Shown here piece by piece: positions 1-9,066 of a DNA stretch of 31,411 nt. Source of the stretch: a virus. The notes under the pieces are model-generated. The model ran no database searches, was not told the DNA's origin, and was given only the letters and a program-made list of their open reading frames with translations. The stretch covers positions 1 to 31,411 of IMG/VR virus record IMGVR_UViG_2852270433_000001. One strand, written 5' to 3'. A program made the position numbers and the translations under genes. The number at the start of each line of letters is the position of its first letter. Position 1 is the first letter of the stretch.

Positions 1-1188
1 ATGGCAGGCATCATCAAACGCAACAATAAATGGGTGGCCGTCTTCCGGTCTCTGGACGGCAAAGAGCTGCGGAAAACCACCGGAATCGACGTGGTTCCCA
101 GGGCGCTTCTCCCGGGAGCGAATAAGAAATCGGTCATGTCGCAAAATGAAGCGCGGGCGCGTCTCGTCGCCCAGGAGATGGAGAAGGAAGCCCGCTATGG
201 GGTTTTTGACTTGGACAAGGTGAAGGCCATTGCCGGAGATCAAGCGGGCGTGCTGAAAGCCACCATGAACGGCATGACGGTGAGCCGGTTCCTGTTTGAC
301 TGGCTGGATGGACGGAAAAACAAGAAGCGGGCCTATGAGCGGGACGGCATGGCCGTCCGCCGGCTGCTGGCGTACCTCGGAGACCGACGGAATATGCCCC
401 TGGGCGCCTTGAATAAAGGCATGGCTAAAGATTTTGTAGAAACTGAATTAGAGCGCGTTTCCGCAGGCACCGTCATCCGCTACGTGTCCACGCTTTCCAC
501 GGCGTTCAATGTCGCTGTAGACCGGGAGATCCTTTCCCGGAATCCGTTCCGGGGCGTCATGCCTTCCCGGTCGGACCACCAGGCGGAAAAGCAGCTGCGC
601 GGCGCGTTCACGATGGAGGAAGTAAATACCATCATTGAATGCTTCCCGGACGAATGGCCGGATCTGGTGCGGGTGTGCCTCTACACCGGAGGCCAGCGCC
701 TCGGAGACCTGGCGACGCTGAAATGGGAGCAGATTGACTTGAAGAACTCCTTCCTGTTCATGACCACGCAGAAGAGCCGGCGCCGCATGAACAAGCCGAT
801 CATCCAGCCCTTGAAAGAGGTGTTGGAAAGGCGTCTGCTCAACCGGGTGAACGATTACGTGTTCCCTTTGGCGGCACTTCGCCATGCCCATGCGGGCGGG
901 CGTTCCGACAAGCTTTCCACGGAGTTCACCACACTCTTGAAAACGTACGGAATCATCCGCGAAATGCCCGGGGAAGTAAGAGGCGACCGTCACCGGCTTT
1001 CGGAAAAGAGCTTCCACAGCCTCCGGGCGACCGCCGTGACCGTCCTGCGCCTGGCCGGTGTGTCCCCGGATTTATGCCGCTTCATCGTCGGGCACGATTC
1101 CGAAGAAATTGAACGGGTCTATTTCCGTCCGGATTCTGCGGACGTCCAGGCGGCCATGAGCAAGATCGCAGTCGGCGTGGCCCGTTAG
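1..1188 (+). CDS. int: Tyrosine recombinase / phage integrase
   Basis: 395-aa ORF. The C-terminal catalytic signature is visible (FHSLRATAVT = H-x-x-R box; VGHDSEEIERVYF = H ... Y nucleophile). An upstream R sits in TGGQRLGDL. The position at the edge of a phage gene set fits. Confidence 0.9.
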   Translation: MAGIIKRNNKWVAVFRSLDGKELRKTTGIDVVPRALLPGANKKSVMSQNEARARLVAQEMEKEARYGVFDLDKVKAIAGDQAGVLKATMNGMTVSRFLFDWLDGRKNKKRAYERDGMAVRRLLAYLGDRRNMPLGALNKGMAKDFVETELERVSAGTVIRYVSTLSTAFNVAVDREILSRNPFRGVMPSRSDHQAEKQLRGAFTMEEVNTIIECFPDEWPDLVRVCLYTGGQRLGDLATLKWEQIDLKNSFLFMTTQKSRRRMNKPIIQPLKEVLERRLLNRVNDYVFPLAALRHAHAGGRSDKLSTEFTTLLKTYGIIREMPGEVRGDRHRLSEKSFHSLRATAVTVLRLAGVSPDLCRFIVGHDSEEIERVYFRPDSADVQAAMSKIAVGVAR

Positions 1189-1204
1189 CCTCCTTCCCCT
1201 CCCT

Positions 1205-1234
1205 GATCATGTTGTTGACGTCAACAACATGATC
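1205..1234. terminator. Perfect 30-bp palindrome between convergent int and glycosyltransferase genes (probable bidirectional terminator hairpin)
   Basis: GATCATGTTGTTGAC|GTCAACAACATGATC, 15+15 nt with no mismatch. It starts 17 nt after the int stop and overlaps the last codons and stop of the minus-strand ORF 1221-1976. A moderately T-rich tract follows on the + strand. Confidence 0.45.
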
Positions 1235-1976
1235 CGTCTTCGTTTTGCGGGAAACGGTAGCGGAACAAGGCGTCCATCGCGCGGGCCCGCTCAGATTTCG
1301 GGATGTTCGTTGGGCGCGGGTTGCCGAAGGTAACCATCCAGAAATCCGCGTATTTCTGCGGAGTCACGGCGATGCTGAACCAGTTCCAGGCCGTCCACTT
1401 CCCTTCCCGGTAAAAGGGCGTCCAGGGTTCATCAAGGCGGATTTGTTCCGTGGGGAAGTGATTCTGAACCGCCCGGCAGATGGTGAGGTCTTCCGGTGCG
1501 AGCGGAGGAAGGTCAGCCTGTTCCAGCTCCTTCGCCGCCAGTCTGGCCGCCCGGCCGCTGATGGCGTAACACGGCCCATAGGCGGAACGTTCGGAAGGGT
1601 GGCTGGGGACCTGGTAGCCGGAGGCATGGAGCGCCAGCCCATGGAGCTGCATGTCTCGGACCCAGTCCCCCGACAACAGGAGCGTATCGGAGTCGATTTT
1701 GACGATGATGTCTTCGTCCTCCGCTTCCCCGGCCAGCGTGGAAATGATGCCCCGGACGCATTCCGGCCCGCGTAGGTTCCCGTTCCTTGGCCAGCTGGTT
1801 TGACAATACCGCGCCCCGGCTTCAACAAGGGCAGTTCTGGCGCGTTCAGCAATGGGAGTGGATTCATCGTCCACCACCGTGATGACGGCTTCGGGGAGGG
1901 CCGCCGCAGCGCACCGGACGCAGACGAGAGCTTCATCGGCGTCGCCGGCATAGGTGAATAGGTAAATTCTGATCAT
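1221..1976 (-). CDS. Putative GT-A fold glycosyltransferase (lysogenic-conversion moron candidate)
   Basis: 251-aa ORF with an ATG start. The N-terminal Rossmann-like beta strand is followed by VVDDEST and a later KIDSD (DxD-like) motif typical of GT2-like enzymes. It is the last gene of the late strand, next to int. Confidence 0.45.
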   Translation of the reverse strand: MIRIYLFTYAGDADEALVCVRCAAAALPEAVITVVDDESTPIAERARTALVEAGARYCQTSWPRNGNLRGPECVRGIISTLAGEAEDEDIIVKIDSDTLLLSGDWVRDMQLHGLALHASGYQVPSHPSERSAYGPCYAISGRAARLAAKELEQADLPPLAPEDLTICRAVQNHFPTEQIRLDEPWTPFYREGKWTAWNWFSIAVTPQKYADFWMVTFGNPRPTNIPKSERARAMDALFRYRFPQNEDGSCC

Positions 1977-1987
1977 GATGTGTCTGG

Positions 1988-4132
1988 TTAAGCAGGACCA
2001 TAGGGGTAGAAGGTTCCTCCGAAGACCGGTATCTGAATCATTCCCATGGCGTATTGCGTCACCTGGTCGTCTTCGATGTCGGCAATCAGGAAGGAATAGT
2101 CGAAGTTGACGCCCGGTTTTTCTTCGTCAAGCCTGATTGGGTACACCGTCCCCGGAATGCCGGAGACGTCAACGCCCGTCAATTTGGCGTCCTGGTCAAA
2201 GTGGACGTTGAGCCATACTTCCCCGCTGGTTTGGGTGAGCTGCACCCACGAGGACCCGGAACTGCCCCCCTGCGGGTATTTGCCGAGCAGATTTCCGTTC
2301 AGGTAGAGCGCGCCGGGCTTGATTTGCGCCCCGGTGACGGCGCCCTCCGTATCTTTCTGTACCCGCACCTGAAAGCCGTATTCCGGCGCGGGCGTGGCTT
2401 CTCCCGTCGCCGTCGTGATGTGCTGGCTGATGGTGGGGGATTCCGGCTTGGGGTCAAAGCCGTATTCCGTCGATTCCGGCGCGCCCTGCATGTTTTCCAG
2501 CGTGGAGGATCTGCGTGACGTAGCATTCACGCGCTTCAATTCTACCCATTCTTCAATCCCCAGTTGTTCCGGCGCGCCGTAGGACAGGGAAATCACGTTG
2601 GTCTGCAGGTCGCGCGAAACAGTCTGAATCATGGTGTTGATGTTCTGCCAGGCGGGGTTTCCTCCCAGCAGCGAGACGCGGCGGCCCATGTATTGCCGCG
2701 TCTGCGCTTCTCCCAGCGCGACAAAGGAAATAGAGCCGTCCCACGGCAATTCCTGCATGGATTCCCAGACCGTTTTCGCAATGTCCCCATAGGGCACTCC
2801 TTCCGACGGTTCCGGCGATTCCCCTTCTTCCGGACCGTTGGAGGGCTGTTCCCCGTTGTAGATGCCGTCAATGGGGTAGCTCGCGTTGGGGCGGTCCATG
2901 GTGACCAGATCCACCGAGAATTCTTCCCAGAAGCAGGGCACGCCTTGCAGCGTTCCCACATTCTTGAATTTCTCCCTCCACTTGGACGCGGCGCTTTCCG
3001 GGATGGCAAGACGCTGCTTGACGGTGGCGTTGCACCATTGCGGGCGGAGGGATTTGGTATGAATTTGCCCGTCCGTCAGTTCATAACCCGTGGCGGAGGT
3101 GTTGTAGCCCCTGGGCTTGTCTTCCTCCGTTCCGTCCCAGGGCTTCCCGGTGATGGTCGGGTCCTGGTCATAGACGGCAATGGACCCTACATCTTTCATC
3201 CACGGGAAATGATGTTGCCAGAAACTGTTGATCATGTCGTTCTGGTCAATCCTGGTTCCCGTCACTTTCATGCGCTGGTAGGACAGGCTGCCGGCCCTGG
3301 TTCCCTGCACCGGCTGCGGATCTTCTACCGGCTCCCCCGTAGAACTGTATTTGGAGTAGTAGAAGTCTACTGACGTCCGGTAAACAATGGAGTGCGGCAA
3401 GGTCGGGTCCCCGTCTTCCGGGTATTTGGACAGGTAGGAGACGCGGTAGCCGTTGCTGCCGGTCGTTTCCGCGACGATAGCCACGCAGGGAGGCACGAGG
3501 TCGCCCCGGGGGATCAGGGAGACGTCCATGGACTTGACCGTTTCCGTCGGCTGCAGGGGAAGCGCAATGGGCGTCAGGGCGTCATAGTCCGTGATGATGA
3601 GCTTGGGGCGCGCTCCGCTGTAGTCGTAGTACGAGACCATCCGGGGCGACCAGCGGCGGATGGATTGAAGGAGGCTGCCCAGCGTATCGCAGGAGGCGTT
3701 CCACGGAATCAGCATCTTGTCGTCGCTGATACGCAGCTCGTAGTCCGCCGGGTGGTGTTTGGCAAGGTTCAGCACCCGGGAGAGCGCGGAGGAAATGCTT
3801 ATCTTCGGAATGATGCCGCCCCCTCCGCTGACTTTATTCCACATGGAGAAGACCGGCTTCCATTCGGAATCCAGCGCAAAGCAGTTGTCCAGCCAATACC
3901 AGGGATCGGAAAAGACGATTTTCCACGCACGGGAAGAGCCGCTGTAGGTCTTTTCGATGCTGGAAACGAGACCGGAAAGAATGGTGTTCCCGTTTTGGGA
4001 AATGGTGACAGTGTCGAACTGTTGGAAGGGCAAGACCTCGCCCAAAGTGCGGACGGGATAAACCGCGGTGATGGCGGAGGCGGAAAAGCTTTGCTGGTCG
4101 TGGGTCAGGCTGGACGGCTTGAGCGCCAGCAA
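1988..4132 (-). CDS. Large distal tail / host-recognition structural protein
   Basis: 714-aa ORF downstream of the tape measure in the late operon, with no recognisable enzymatic motif. The ORF-track start is TTG at 4132. The frame stays open upstream to a TAA, with an in-frame AGG at 4157-4159. Confidence 0.55.
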   Translation of the reverse strand: MLALKPSSLTHDQQSFSASAITAVYPVRTLGEVLPFQQFDTVTISQNGNTILSGLVSSIEKTYSGSSRAWKIVFSDPWYWLDNCFALDSEWKPVFSMWNKVSGGGGIIPKISISSALSRVLNLAKHHPADYELRISDDKMLIPWNASCDTLGSLLQSIRRWSPRMVSYYDYSGARPKLIITDYDALTPIALPLQPTETVKSMDVSLIPRGDLVPPCVAIVAETTGSNGYRVSYLSKYPEDGDPTLPHSIVYRTSVDFYYSKYSSTGEPVEDPQPVQGTRAGSLSYQRMKVTGTRIDQNDMINSFWQHHFPWMKDVGSIAVYDQDPTITGKPWDGTEEDKPRGYNTSATGYELTDGQIHTKSLRPQWCNATVKQRLAIPESAASKWREKFKNVGTLQGVPCFWEEFSVDLVTMDRPNASYPIDGIYNGEQPSNGPEEGESPEPSEGVPYGDIAKTVWESMQELPWDGSISFVALGEAQTRQYMGRRVSLLGGNPAWQNINTMIQTVSRDLQTNVISLSYGAPEQLGIEEWVELKRVNATSRRSSTLENMQGAPESTEYGFDPKPESPTISQHITTATGEATPAPEYGFQVRVQKDTEGAVTGAQIKPGALYLNGNLLGKYPQGGSSGSSWVQLTQTSGEVWLNVHFDQDAKLTGVDVSGIPGTVYPIRLDEEKPGVNFDYSFLIADIEDDQVTQYAMGMIQIPVFGGTFYPYGPA

Positions 4133-4183
4133 GTCATTGATGGTGATGTCGTGATTCCTGGTGTTTGTAAAATGGTTAGTGGT

Positions 4184-4720
4184 TTATTTCTTATCGGCGA
4201 TCTTTTGGAGCAACGTCAGAACCTTCGCACACCAGAAACAGCCAAGGCAGGAGAAGGCACCTGATAACAAATAGATGAAGGCTAGTGGAAACTGATGATG
4301 ATAAAAATTGCTTAAAAATAATACAATACCAGCAATAATCGTCATTGCTCCCACTACTTGAAACATCCTCTCTACTGTAATTTTTAGAGGCTCTTGCTCA
4401 TTTAATTCTTGGATTTTGAGCAAAGCACGTTTTTCTTCTCTCTCATTTAAGAAGGCTTCTCTTCTTTTTTCTGACTTATCTAAAAGAACTTCAACAAAGC
4501 TTTTCTTTGGTTGCCGCTCCGTTTCTTTTTCTTCTGCTTTTCTATTGGTGTTTTTGGTCAGATAATAAACCTTTCCAAAGGATAGCCATTCTTGACCCCC
4601 TTCAGGGCAAACAAGAGTTTCTGACAAGATTTTTCCTTCCTTATACAAGGCTTCAAGTTCTTCAAAAGAGTAGGGTCCCTCAGCATTGTTTGAGTTGGAA
4701 GCGACGTAATAATTAGCCAT
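4184..4720 (-). CDS. GYF_2 (DUF4339)-like domain protein with C-terminal transmembrane helices
   Basis: The N-terminus YYVASNSNNAEGPYSFEELEALYKEGKILSETLVCPEGGQEWLSFGKV fits the GYF_2 pattern (GP.s..el..l...G.i...tlv...g...W). A charged coiled linker is followed by two hydrophobic helices. ATG start. The DNA is low GC compared with its neighbours. Confidence 0.6.
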   Translation of the reverse strand: MANYYVASNSNNAEGPYSFEELEALYKEGKILSETLVCPEGGQEWLSFGKVYYLTKNTNRKAEEKETERQPKKSFVEVLLDKSEKRREAFLNEREEKRALLKIQELNEQEPLKITVERMFQVVGAMTIIAGIVLFLSNFYHHQFPLAFIYLLSGAFSCLGCFWCAKVLTLLQKIADKK

Positions 4721-4766
4721 AGTGGTATGGTGCTATAATCCGGCGTTAGTGCAAGCCTAAAAGCTG

Positions 4767-6635
4767 TTAAAAGCCTCCGGCAAGCCGGTTTATCCCTGTT
4801 TGCAATCTTCCGTTGCCCTTCTGCACTATCTTCAAGATTTCCTCGAATTTAGCATCTACATATTTTTTCGTATCTGCCTGCACGGCATTTACCTTGCTCG
4901 CCTGTGCTGTTGCTATGGTTTGTAAATAATCCATCAATTTTTTTGAGTATTGTCCATTTTCTCTCAATACGTTTTCCATAACATCAAACACGCCTTGAAG
5001 CTCGCTGGGGTCGATTTCCGTATCTTTGTCCGAAATGCTTTCCGCAAGGCGTTTCTTCCCTGCATTCAAAGCTTCGCGGGCAGCTGCAATCCGGGCGCGT
5101 TGCTGGGCGGTAGGATGCTCGGGTACGCCTTCAAGGGCAATGCCGCGGATCATCGCCTGCTGCCTCTCGGCGGTCTGCTTTTGAGCCTCCCTTTCGGCCC
5201 GTTCACGAGCCTTCTTTATTTTTTCTTCATTTCTTCGGGCTTCCTCTGCTTCTTCCCTGTCTCTTTGCAAGTTAAATGATTTAACCTTGCCGGCGTCTAT
5301 TTGGTTTTGAATAGCGTCGATTTGTTCCATGTTTTTGATAGATGCTTCGGTCGAAGCCATTGCATCCCCCAAAGAACCGGCTTTCTCTGTTAAATCATCA
5401 AACTGTTTTTTCGCGGCGTCCGTATTCTTCTTAAACTCTTCTACCGCAGCTGATGCTTGTTTGAAGCGACTATTAACATCTGTTCCTTGTCTATAGTCAA
5501 ATTCAAGATTTACGCCGCCGGCTCTTAACGAATCCTGAAATTCTCCCAATCCAGATTGGGCAGCATTTAATTCTTCTTGCGCTGCTGTACGAGCAACTAA
5601 AAGACGTTGATTTTCCTCTTGTGCTTGAATTAAGTATCGTTGAGCGTCCTCACGTCGAGTGGCATTTGGGGCATATTTCACTCCTATTTCTCTTCTTTGT
5701 ATTGCTTTTTGTATTTCGGGTAATTTTTCATTTATCTCATCGATACTCCGTTGAGCACGTTCTTGCTGCTGTAAAAGGCCAAGAATATTTTGAATAGAAG
5801 GAAGGTTCCCCTGCTTGAATTGCATATCAAAAGCATGAGCTTCGGCCGCATCTCTGGCCTTGACTGCCTCCGCAAGCTGTTTCCCCATATCCATATAGTT
5901 AGCTTGCTCTACGCTTAAATCACGCTGGCGGATTTTCTGGTCCAGATTCTGATCCACCATCATCAGGCCATAATCTCGTTGCCTCTTGGTGATTCTTCCT
6001 TGCTGGTAGTCATTTTCCAGGTTGACGCGCTCAAGCTCTGCCTGGCGTGTATCAATTCCTTTCTTACGGGCCGCTTCCTCCCGTCTCAAGCGAATTTGTT
6101 TTTCAAGTTCTTCCGTTTGATATTCGAATTCACGGGTAATGCCCTTTACATAGTTTTGATACTCTTTATTAACGGTTTTGGTGCGTTCTTGCTGGTTGAA
6201 TTCCTGCAAAGCCTGATAACTTGCCCGGATAGCCTGACGAGAAGCTTCGGCAATCTCTTTGCTATGCTCCTTCATTTTTTTGGCGAGATCCGCCGACTTG
6301 TCTTCCGTTTTTCCCATCCATTCGTAAAGCTTCGCTCCGGCCAGAACGGCAAGCGACATCGCGCCGGCCAGACCTGCGCCGCCTCCGAATCCTATCACCA
6401 GCCCGGGAATGTTGTTCAGGATGCCCTTGATGCCGTACTGCACGTCGTCCATGAAATAGGCGACTTGCAGCAACCCCTGTCCCATGTTCTTCACGCTCCG
6501 GGTTGCTTGCTGGCTCCCCTTATCAAGTTGTTCCGTCGACTTGTTCAGCACGTCGATCTGCTGTTTGGCTTCTTCCACGCCTTTTCCGTCCAGCGTGGAC
6601 TTGAGTTTGATTTCGATTTCTTTCTTGGTGGCCAT
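4767..6635 (-). CDS. Tail tape measure protein
   Basis: 622 aa. A Gly-rich hydrophobic segment (GILNNIPGLVIGFGGGAGLAGAMSLAVLAGAKLYEW) is followed by about 480 aa of E/K/R/Q/A-rich coiled coil. The position in the tail module fits. Confidence 0.75.
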   Translation of the reverse strand: MATKKEIEIKLKSTLDGKGVEEAKQQIDVLNKSTEQLDKGSQQATRSVKNMGQGLLQVAYFMDDVQYGIKGILNNIPGLVIGFGGGAGLAGAMSLAVLAGAKLYEWMGKTEDKSADLAKKMKEHSKEIAEASRQAIRASYQALQEFNQQERTKTVNKEYQNYVKGITREFEYQTEELEKQIRLRREEAARKKGIDTRQAELERVNLENDYQQGRITKRQRDYGLMMVDQNLDQKIRQRDLSVEQANYMDMGKQLAEAVKARDAAEAHAFDMQFKQGNLPSIQNILGLLQQQERAQRSIDEINEKLPEIQKAIQRREIGVKYAPNATRREDAQRYLIQAQEENQRLLVARTAAQEELNAAQSGLGEFQDSLRAGGVNLEFDYRQGTDVNSRFKQASAAVEEFKKNTDAAKKQFDDLTEKAGSLGDAMASTEASIKNMEQIDAIQNQIDAGKVKSFNLQRDREEAEEARRNEEKIKKARERAEREAQKQTAERQQAMIRGIALEGVPEHPTAQQRARIAAAREALNAGKKRLAESISDKDTEIDPSELQGVFDVMENVLRENGQYSKKLMDYLQTIATAQASKVNAVQADTKKYVDAKFEEILKIVQKGNGRLQTGINRLAGGF

Positions 6636-6653
6636 GGTGGTAGATGTGGAGGG

Positions 6654-6935
6654 TTATCGTTGAGCGCGGGCTTCTTCGATGACGAAAGCGGGCAGTTTCC
6701 CGGCGGTGAGGGCGTTTCGGGATTCTTCCACGCGTTTCTGCAAGGATTCCAGGAGCATCATATCCCGGATGATGACGCCGAAGGCATGGGAAGGATCGAC
6801 ACCGGCGGCTTGAGAGGCAGTAAAGACGCTTTCCTTCAATTCCTGCACCGCCTGGTTCAGGTTCGGGTTCTTGCCGCACTCTTCGGCAAATTCGACAAAA
6901 AGCCGTTCTATTCCGTTTTGTTGTTGTTCGTTCAT
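6654..6935 (-). CDS. Small protein immediately upstream of the tape measure (possible tail assembly chaperone)
   Basis: 93-aa acidic ORF with an ATG start, 18 nt upstream of the TMP start. The call is by position only. Confidence 0.35.
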   Translation of the reverse strand: MNEQQQNGIERLFVEFAEECGKNPNLNQAVQELKESVFTASQAAGVDPSHAFGVIIRDMMLLESLQKRVEESRNALTAGKLPAFVIEEARAQR

Positions 6936-6949
6936 GATGGATTATTCTG

Positions 6950-8464
6950 TTAAGATGGGTATTCGGTGGAAGTGTAGCGGATGACGAGGGATAATCCGAA
7001 CGTACGTCCGGGCACCGTGGCTGCCGCGGGGTAGGCCTCGTCTCCGAGACCGTCAAACGCCTGCGGATTGGCCAGCATGGCATGCTGCTCATAAATGCCG
7101 TTCTGGTTTTCCACGACCAGCTGCCAGTCCGAGCGGATTTCCACGCCGGGAGAAAACGTCCATTTCACGTTTCCGCCCTCTCCGGTGGAAACCGCCTCGC
7201 TGCTGGTCGCTAGAAGAGAGGCAGACCCGTTTTCCACCCGGTAAAGCGTTAACGTGCCGGAATTGGAGCTGGTGGGGTTCGTCGTGATGATTTCCTGCAG
7301 CGTCAGTCCCTTTCCTTCGGGGTTGCCTTCCGGGAAGTCCGGATAAACGTCCGAGGGAATAAACCTCCATGAGGAATAACTCATCGGATTATCCGAGTAT
7401 TCCCCTCCGGGCGGGGGAAGCTGATGATTTCGGGTGACCAGTCCTGCCCTCAATACGCGGATTGTCTGTTTTAAACCGGAATCCGCCTGTGTCGCGGAAA
7501 CGACGACGGAGCCGGCCCCTCCTTCATTGGGCGCCGCGGTTAACGTGAAGGACCCGTTATTTCCGTTCGTGATATCGGAGATGACAACGGAAGAGCTGGG
7601 AGAATTGGGCGTCCAGTCAACGCTGACTGCCCCCGGGTCATAATAGGAAGTCACCTGGACCTGGTAGCTTCCGCCAGTAACGGGAACCTGTACCTGGGTT
7701 GGAGCAAGGCTGAATGAGTAAGAGGGTTGAAGCTGACGAAATTCAACCTCAACAGTCTGTCCTGTTCCGTCCTGAATGACCTGGAGCGACATGGTCCTGT
7801 CCTGATCTCCTTCATTGGCCGCGACGATAACCTTGAATGTCCCGTTGTTGCCGTTGACGATATCGGAAACGGTTAATCCTTCGGAAACGTCGGCAATCTG
7901 CCAACCCTGCCCTACCGGTCCAGGGCTGAACGACGATTCCACATTAACGGTGTATTCGCCTCCCTTGACGGGAACGTCGAAAGAAGAGGGCGTCACGCTG
8001 AATATCCAGTTGGAATTGTCCGGGGTCCGGTCGGTGACCGTCATGGTCAGCGTGACCAGCAGGCACAGATAGCCGTCTTCGGGAGACGGCGGAGGAACAA
8101 AGTTCTCCGTCTCAAACTGGTAGCCGGTGATGACGGCGGCAAAACGCCATTGCGGCTGTTCGGCGAACTGCAGGTACAGATAGCCGTTCTGGTTGCTGGC
8201 CAGCCAGAGAGCCATGTTCTCCTGCCAGGTGGCCATGTCCTGGTAATCGACGAACCAGCGGTAAAACGCGATGGTGCGCTGCTCCACGGCGCTCCCAAGC
8301 CCCTGCGCGAACGCCCTGGGACCGTCTACCAGCGACGTTTCAAATGCTTCCATGGAACCGCCGAAACGGGGCGGCTCCGGCGTATCGTCCCAGAGGTTGA
8401 GCAGCTGAATCTGGTTGCCGGCGGCGGAAACGTAGCGGGCTGCGTAGGGGGCCTGGTAGGTCAT
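6950..8464 (-). CDS. Tail-associated protein with two tandem BACON/Ig-like domains and a C-terminal beta-rich domain
   Basis: 504 aa, ATG start. Residues about 155-244 and 251-339 are clear internal repeats (VPVKGGEYTVNVES...VSDIVNGNNGTFKVIVAANEG / VPVTGGSYQVQVTS...ISDITNGNNGSFTLTAAPNEG). Confidence 0.6.
   Translation of the reverse strand: MTYQAPYAARYVSAAGNQIQLLNLWDDTPEPPRFGGSMEAFETSLVDGPRAFAQGLGSAVEQRTIAFYRWFVDYQDMATWQENMALWLASNQNGYLYLQFAEQPQWRFAAVITGYQFETENFVPPPSPEDGYLCLLVTLTMTVTDRTPDNSNWIFSVTPSSFDVPVKGGEYTVNVESSFSPGPVGQGWQIADVSEGLTVSDIVNGNNGTFKVIVAANEGDQDRTMSLQVIQDGTGQTVEVEFRQLQPSYSFSLAPTQVQVPVTGGSYQVQVTSYYDPGAVSVDWTPNSPSSSVVISDITNGNNGSFTLTAAPNEGGAGSVVVSATQADSGLKQTIRVLRAGLVTRNHQLPPPGGEYSDNPMSYSSWRFIPSDVYPDFPEGNPEGKGLTLQEIITTNPTSSNSGTLTLYRVENGSASLLATSSEAVSTGEGGNVKWTFSPGVEIRSDWQLVVENQNGIYEQHAMLANPQAFDGLGDEAYPAAATVPGRTFGLSLVIRYTSTEYPS
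7448..8002 (-). repeat. Two tandem ~90-aa domain repeats (BACON/Ig-like) within the 504-aa tail protein
   Basis: The protein-level repeat is seen directly in the translation. Copy 1 is about 7733-8002 and copy 2 about 7448-7714. Confidence 0.6.
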
Positions 8465-8470
8465 GGGCGG

Positions 8471-9001
8471 TTACTGGTTGAGGTAGTCCTTCACCCCTTC
8501 GGCAATCGCTTCGGCAATGCGTCCGGGATGGTCCTTCATCAGGGCGGCGTTTTCAGGATTGGTGATAAAGCCGCATTCGCACAGCACCCACGGGCAGCGG
8601 GTCCTTTTCAGGACGGCGAGGCCCGGACGCGACTGTACGGTATTGGCCCGGCCGGGAAGCAGGCGGGAAAGAGGTTCCGCGATGCACATGGCCAGCCTGC
8701 TGCCCTTGACGCTGCCCGGGTAAAAACACACATGGGCCCCATGGGCCTGGGGATTGTCGGAAGCGTCGCAATGCAGGGAGATGCCGAAGTCATAGCCGCC
8801 TTCATTGGCGGCCTTGATGGTGGCGTTCAAATCCTGGGCATTGCTCATGCCAGGAAAGTCAATCACGTCCACCTTGGCGCCCAGCTGCCGCAGCATGGGG
8901 GCGAGGCATTCGGCGATCGTCACGGCGACGGCGTGTTCTTCAAGCCCGTTCCCGCGGGCTCCGGTGTTGTTGGCATGGCCAATATCAATGGCTATTTTCA
9001 T
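8471..9001 (-). CDS. N-acetylmuramoyl-L-alanine amidase (Amidase_3 family) endolysin
   Basis: 176 aa. The MKIAIDIGHANNTGA ... ISLHCDA ... ECGFITN pattern is typical of AmiC/CwlD-type zinc amidases. A strong SD (AAGGAG) lies 8 nt before the ATG. There is no signal peptide. Confidence 0.9.
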   Translation of the reverse strand: MKIAIDIGHANNTGARGNGLEEHAVAVTIAECLAPMLRQLGAKVDVIDFPGMSNAQDLNATIKAANEGGYDFGISLHCDASDNPQAHGAHVCFYPGSVKGSRLAMCIAEPLSRLLPGRANTVQSRPGLAVLKRTRCPWVLCECGFITNPENAALMKDHPGRIAEAIAEGVKDYLNQ

Positions 9002-9066
9002 GAGTATTCTCCTTTAATGGTTGGTTGTTAATATGATTGAACTTGTAAGAAAAACTTTACAGTTGG

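Noticed and set aside
6654-6935. Programmed -1 frameshift (G/GT-type tail chaperone) upstream of the tape measure
   Set aside because: Only 18 nt separate this ORF from the TMP start, so there is no room for a T-extension frame. I saw no X-XXY-YYZ slippery heptamer near its end.
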